NCBI GenBank assembly: GCA_964270895.1
Contig: OZ185452.1
DNA: 64,000 bases
Reading direction: 5' to 3' (one strand)
Source of the DNA: Podarcis filfolensis
Taxonomy: Eukaryota
The translations under genes were made by a program, and so were the position numbers. Below the pieces are notes generated by a model. That model did not search any database and had not been told where the DNA came from. It saw nothing but the letters and a program-made list of their open reading frames with translations. Positions 59,073 through 64,000 of this stretch are shown here, one piece after another (position 1 is the first letter of the stretch; every line of letters begins with the position of its first letter).

Positions 59073-59514
59073 TGATATATAAAATACTGTAAGGAGCCAG
59101 CTCCCCACCTTTTCCTCCATCCAGATGAGCCTTTCAAAAGAATGGGGTCATACAGCAATGTTTTTCACACTGGGATGGGGTGCAAATCCTAGGATCCCTC
59201 AGCAGCAGATGTGGGAGTAGTCTCAGTGGGAATATAAGTAAAGGGGTGCAAGCTTTGCTGGAGACATCTAGCTTAGCACTACAACAGCAGTAGGTTTAGG
59301 AACATTCCAGACCAGGCTGGCACCAGACAAGGTGAGCAGCTTTGCGCTCCAAGCCCCAAACCCAGCAGGAGGGCCCATTGCAAACCCTCAGCACCCCATA
59401 AGAACACAAGAGCCTGCTAGATAAGGCCAAAGACCCATCTAGTCCAGCATCCTGTTCCCTAGGACAGCAATGCCGAGACACCCCTCCAAAGACCTCTTGA
59501 ATATTACTGTGGGT

Positions 59515-59975
59515 GCTTATTATTAATTAACACACTGCCTTTTCCCCTGACAGTGACTCAATGCAGCTTACAGATAAAAATAATAACAGCTTAAAAGAGG
59601 GGTGAAATCATAAAAAATTAAACATTGATAGAGTTAAAACTATATCTATCGTTCAATTAAAAACACAAAGATAATTACAATAAAAACAGCAGAGCACCAG
59701 CCCTTTCACTGAAAGTAGTCAGTTCCGAAAAGCCTGTTGGAACCAGAAAGTTTTGACCTGCCAGTAGAAGGACAACAAGCAGGGAGCCAGTTCAACTTCT
59801 CTAAGGAAGTCTGGGAGCAGCCCCCGAGAAGGCCCTTCCCACACACAGCCCTACCAAGTTTGTCTGTAAGGGTGGCGAGACCAAGAGCAGGGGGGCCCCC
59901 ACCCCAAGATCTCAAAACCAGGGCATGTTTGTACCAGGGAATACGGTCTTTCAGATAACTTGGACCCAATCCATT
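59515..59975 (-). mobile_element. L2-clade LINE 3' fragment
   Basis: NGLGPSYLKDRIPWYKxALVLRS motif, then an AT-rich 3' tail. Confidence 0.75.
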
Positions 59976-60112
59976 CCACTTGATTATTTGGTCTGCCTTT
60001 TGTAGCAACTACAATGTGCTGTGCTAGATGCTGTGTGTTTTTGCCTCTTCTTCTATTTCTTATATATTTTATACCAAGGAATTCAAATGGTAAGGCAATA
60101 AAATAAAATGTA

Positions 60113-60354
60113 CAGTGGTACCTCGGGTTAAGTACTTAATTCATTCCGGAGGTCCGTTCTTAACCTGAAACTGTTCTTAACCTGAAGCACCACTTTAGCT
60201 AATGGGGCCTCCTGCTGCCGCTGCGCTGACAGAGCACGATTTCTGTTCTTATCATGAAGCAAAGTTCTTAACCTGAAGCACTATTTCTGGGTTAGTGGAG
60301 TCTGTAACCTGAAGCGTATGTAACCTGAAGCGCATGTAACCCGAGGTACCACTG
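60113..60354. mobile_element. Tc1/mariner MITE, copy 3
   Basis: Same body and TIRs, TA TSD. Confidence 0.88.
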
Positions 60355-60852
60355 TAGTAAGTAAGAGAGAAGTGATTGAAAATCATTACGGGTATATTTC
60401 ATGCGAAGGATGTGCCAACTCCCATCTTCAACCACAAATCTGCATACATGCCGCAGACCACCTGAATTAAGCTCACAGACCGCTGGTGGTCCAGGGACCA
60501 CAGTCTGGGAGCCCCCTGCTCCTAAATGACTAACCAGATGCTTCTTGGGAGGAGAGCACAAGCAACAGCACTCTCCCTACCTGCGATGTTTCCCAGCATC
60601 TGGTATGCAAAGAGCATAGCCATTGTGGCAAGCAAGTATAACTGGAAGCTCACAGGTCCAATAAGCAACAACTTTGGAATTCTACCATTAGGCAAGCAAG
60701 CAAAACTACTATAACAACATTTTATATTTCCGATTTAGGCAAATACCTAGGTAAAATACAAACGAGACATTCAGACAGACTGAAACATATTAAACAACAG
60801 TGGAAAGAAGGTCAAAATGGGGCTGACTAATAAACCACAACATTTGCAGGAA

Positions 60853-60886
<34 letters not shown>

Positions 60887-60982
60887 ACAACCCTTTAAAA
60901 AATGCCCCAGACCATCCCAATGAGAAGACAGTCTGTGTGTGTGTTTGATATGGAATGGCGGGTGCTGAAAGAAAGGGCCATC

Positions 60983-61026
60983 CTGACTGACTGACTGACT
61001 GACTGACTGACTGGCTGGCTGGCTGG
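60983..61026. repeat. Compound (CTGA)n(CTGG)n microsatellite
   Basis: Direct reading. Confidence 0.9.
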
Positions 61027-61095
61027 AACCAGGAAAAAGGAGCACTCAGCACTTCAACATTTTGGAGCAGTTGTCCCGCTTGAAAAGCTGTAAAC

Positions 61096-61343
61096 CATGG
61101 GTAGGCAAACTAAGGCCCGGGGGCCAGATCTGGCCCAATTGCCTTCTAAATCTGGCCTGCAGACGATCTGGGAATCAGCGTGTTTTTACATGAGTAGAAT
61201 GTGTGCTTTTAAAATGCATCTCTGGGTTATTTGTGGGGCATAGGAATTCGTTCATTTCCCCCCCTTCAAAATATAGTCCAGCCCCCCACAAGGTCTGAGG
61301 GACAGTGGACTGGCTCCCTGCTGAAAAAGTTTGCTGACCCCTG
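61096..61343. mobile_element. hAT (Charlie-like) MITE
   Basis: TIRs ca(t/g)gggt(ag/ca)gcaaact and a perfect 8-bp TSD ctgtaaac (61088-61095, 61344-61351). Confidence 0.9.
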
Positions 61344-61361
61344 CTGTAAACATTCCTCATA

Positions 61362-61592
61362 CAGTGGTACCTCGGGTTAAGAACTTAATTCATTCTGGAG
61401 GTCTGTTCTTAACCTGAAACTGTTCTTAACCTGAGGTACCACTTTAGCTAATGGGGCCTCTCGCTGCCACCGTGCAATTTCTGTTCTCATCCTGAAGCAA
61501 AGTTCTTAAGCTGAGGTACTATTTCTGGGTTAGCGGAGTCTGTAACCCTAAGCATCTGTAACCTGAAGCATCTGTAACCCAAGGTACCACTG
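61362..61592. mobile_element. Tc1/mariner MITE, copy 4
   Basis: Same body and TIRs, TA TSD. Confidence 0.88.
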
Positions 61593-62424
61593 TACATTGC
61601 CCAAATTAACTGGTGGAACTCACTGCCGGAAGATGTGTGATGACTACTAGTTTAAACATTATTTTTTTGGGGGAGAGGGGACAGAATGAAGCCAGGAAGT
61701 TAGTATGAAAAGAAACTTATTGAAGAGTTGAAGTGACCCACCACAGCTGCCTCAACTCCTATGGAAAGGGTCCACTACTCAACTGGATGAGAGAAGGCTG
61801 TAGAGAGGAGATTAGGGACAAAACTAAATAGGCAGAATTGTAGATCTTGAGGGAGATGGGGGTGGTGGCTGGGCCACAAACTTCCTGTTGGTTGCCCGTG
61901 TATGATGGAAACTCACCACCTCCTGTGGCCCAGAGCAACAAGCCCTCCTTCCCCCCGACACCTGCTCTGTTTACAGGCTATAAATACACCATATAGAGTG
62001 CAGCTTGTTTATATGTTATAGATACCATGAAAACCTCTCCAATTGAACACTGGACTCCTCACAGCTGTCAATCAGGGGCACATCATCCACCCACCCTTGT
62101 TCAGAAGAGCTGCTTCTTATGCACAGTAACCTTCCACCCAGTTCAACTTTCATAACTGATGGAGATTAATTGAAAAGTCTATCTGCAAATCCGTCCGGCA
62201 CTTTAAAAACCCCTCACATGATCGCACCTTGTGGCAATGAGTCCCACAAGTTTATTTTGCACAGCAAGTTAAAACATATTTTGACCAGTGCTTCCAACAA
62301 AAGACTTTACTGGACAACACAGACACTTATACCCCTAGGACAGGGTGGGCAAGCTGCTGCCCTCAGCCTAATTTCATTTGGGTAGCCTGGGGAAAATGGG
62401 GAGAGAGAATAATAGAAGTACCGT

Positions 62425-62556
62425 ATAGATCAGAGTTGGAAAGGACCCTGCGGATCATCTAGTCCGACCCCCTTGTAATGCAGGAATATGCAGCTTATGG
62501 GGATCAAACCTGCGACTTTGTTTTTATCAGCACTGTGCTCTAACCAACTGAGCTGT
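62425..62556 (-). mobile_element. Short SINE with tRNA-Ile-like head and CR1-like tail (Squam3-like)
   Basis: Reverse complement AGCTCAGTTGGTTAGAGC ... GGTTTGATCCCC (A and B boxes), then GGACTAGATGATC..GGTCCTTTCCAACTCT. A tail-only copy lies at 49423-49495. Confidence 0.7.
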
Positions 62557-62710
62557 TTGAAGAGAGGGAAGGAAGAGGTAGCAGAGAGAGAGAGAGAAAA
62601 GGGGGTAGCGGGAATAGACAAGAGAGAGAAGGGGTGGCAGAGATAGAGAGAGGAAGAGGAAAAAGGAGTGTGTGGGGGGAGAGGGAAAGAGAAAACTGTT
62701 GCCTCTAGCC

Positions 62711-62832
62711 TAAGGTTACCAAACGTCCCTGTTTCCTGGGGACAGTCCCCGGATTTAAAATCAGTCCCCTGACAAAATCCATTGAAGTTGAAAAGTGTCC
62801 CTGGATTCATTGAAAGAAATCTGCTAACCTTA
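62711..62832. mobile_element. hAT (Blackjack-like) MITE
   Basis: TIRs taaggtta(c/g)ca, perfect 8-bp TSD ctctagcc (62703-62710, 62833-62840), and a gtccc-rich body resembling MER81/MER94. Confidence 0.85.
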
Positions 62833-64000
62833 CTCTAGCCCCATCTACTTCTGGCTTGGCTCTCATCCACAGCTGTCTCCAACCCTGCCCCCCACCGGTG
62901 TGCTGCCCACCTGACATATTTTATCAATGGGGGGGGGGAGGTCCTAGAATTATGGGAGGAGAAGAAACATCTCTCTGTCTCTTGCCCTCCATGCACCCAG
63001 TAATCACTTTTCTCTTCCCAAGCTGCCTGGGAAGCATCACTGACAGAGTCTCTAATTACAGCCGGGAACTTGCTTTGTAGTCATAACAGAAAGGCGGATT
63101 AAAGTCCAGGCTTATGCTGAGTGGGAATGCTGGGCAGACATCACCTCACACATAGCTAAGGCAAGCAGACTATGGCCTGAGGAGGAAGAAAATAGCTGTC
63201 GAGGAGATAATGTTAATCATTATGTTTGCGGAAGGGATTCCTTCTCCTAAGTTACAAAGAGGCAAACTGAAGCCACATGCAGCGCTGAGAATTCGGAGAA
63301 ACTGATTTGCAAGAAGCAGTGGAGGTAGCTGGAGGCCGAAAGGACCGCCCCAAGTGTTTAATTAACTTGTGGAACTCCCTGCCACAAGATGTGCTGCTTA
63401 TGGCCTCCAACTAAAAAAGAACTGGACGCTATCTTCACTATGCATTTAACACAGCATCGTACGCTTTAAACAACCGTGGCTTACCCCTGAGACTGCTAGG
63501 AACTGTAGATTGTTAAAGGTGCTGAGAATTGTGATATGTATACTGCGGGTGGGGCCTCAGACAAATTTGTGGAGGAGGGGAGAGGCCTATTAGTCACCAC
63601 GATAGCTAAAAGCAGCTTCTGTGTAGGGTGTGGCCTTGCGTACCTCAGCAACAGGTGAGATATACATCACACACATACACAAAGTCAAAAAATAATCCAG
63701 ACATGCGTAATGTCTACATGTGCTAATATATGCAAATTTAGAAATATTTACTAGGATTGGACAGCCGTATGTGCAAAGGGAGTATATTTACCTCTGAATA
63801 GGAGATGCTGGAGGGACAAATATCGAAGGAGTGCCAGGGCCTTTGTGCCTCGTTTGTGAGCTTCCTAGAAACATCTGGTTAGCTACGGATGCATTGCAGC
63901 CAACATAAAATATTTGAGGGGAATGGCCTGCCCAAAGTTTATGGGCATTGCCATTCAAATGGTGTATGGGCACCATGTTTTGTGATTGATTATGCAGGGC

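Noticed and set aside
2150-61592. All four Tigger-like MITE copies share one orientation
   Set aside because: With four copies this happens by chance one time in eight.
57600-64000. Exons of an upstream neighbour gene
   Set aside because: Only repeats and non-coding DNA were recognised; the short ORFs map to repeats or look random.

Overview
Squamate (lizard) genomic DNA. The Sauria-SINE subtype, BovB-type RTE and MITE content suggest a lacertid, which is inference. The window holds one protein-coding gene, AHNAK, on the minus strand. Reading down the coordinates: a CpG-rich promoter with candidate first exons (~55.7-57.6 kb), a ~32-kb repeat-rich intron 1, a 94-nt non-coding exon (23558-23651), two PDZ-coding exons (22806-22962, 21636-21823) and a ~17.2-kb terminal exon (CDS 4851-20771, 3' UTR to ~3530). 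The three coding exons splice in frame to 5421 aa. The rest is intronic or intergenic DNA with SINEs, CR1/L2/RTE fragments, Tc1-mariner and hAT MITEs, and microsatellites. Three observations stand out. (1) An unclassified 723-bp intronic insertion with a perfect 12-bp target-site duplication carries a hammerhead-ribozyme-like motif in the AHNAK sense orientation. (2) The giant exon contains recently homogenised higher-order repeats (369/429, 828, 606 and 222 bp periods) that appear to redistribute the repeat array relative to human. (3) An intronic CTCF site has both core and upstream motifs. No tools were run; comparisons with human AHNAK and repeat families are from recall and need checking by alignment.
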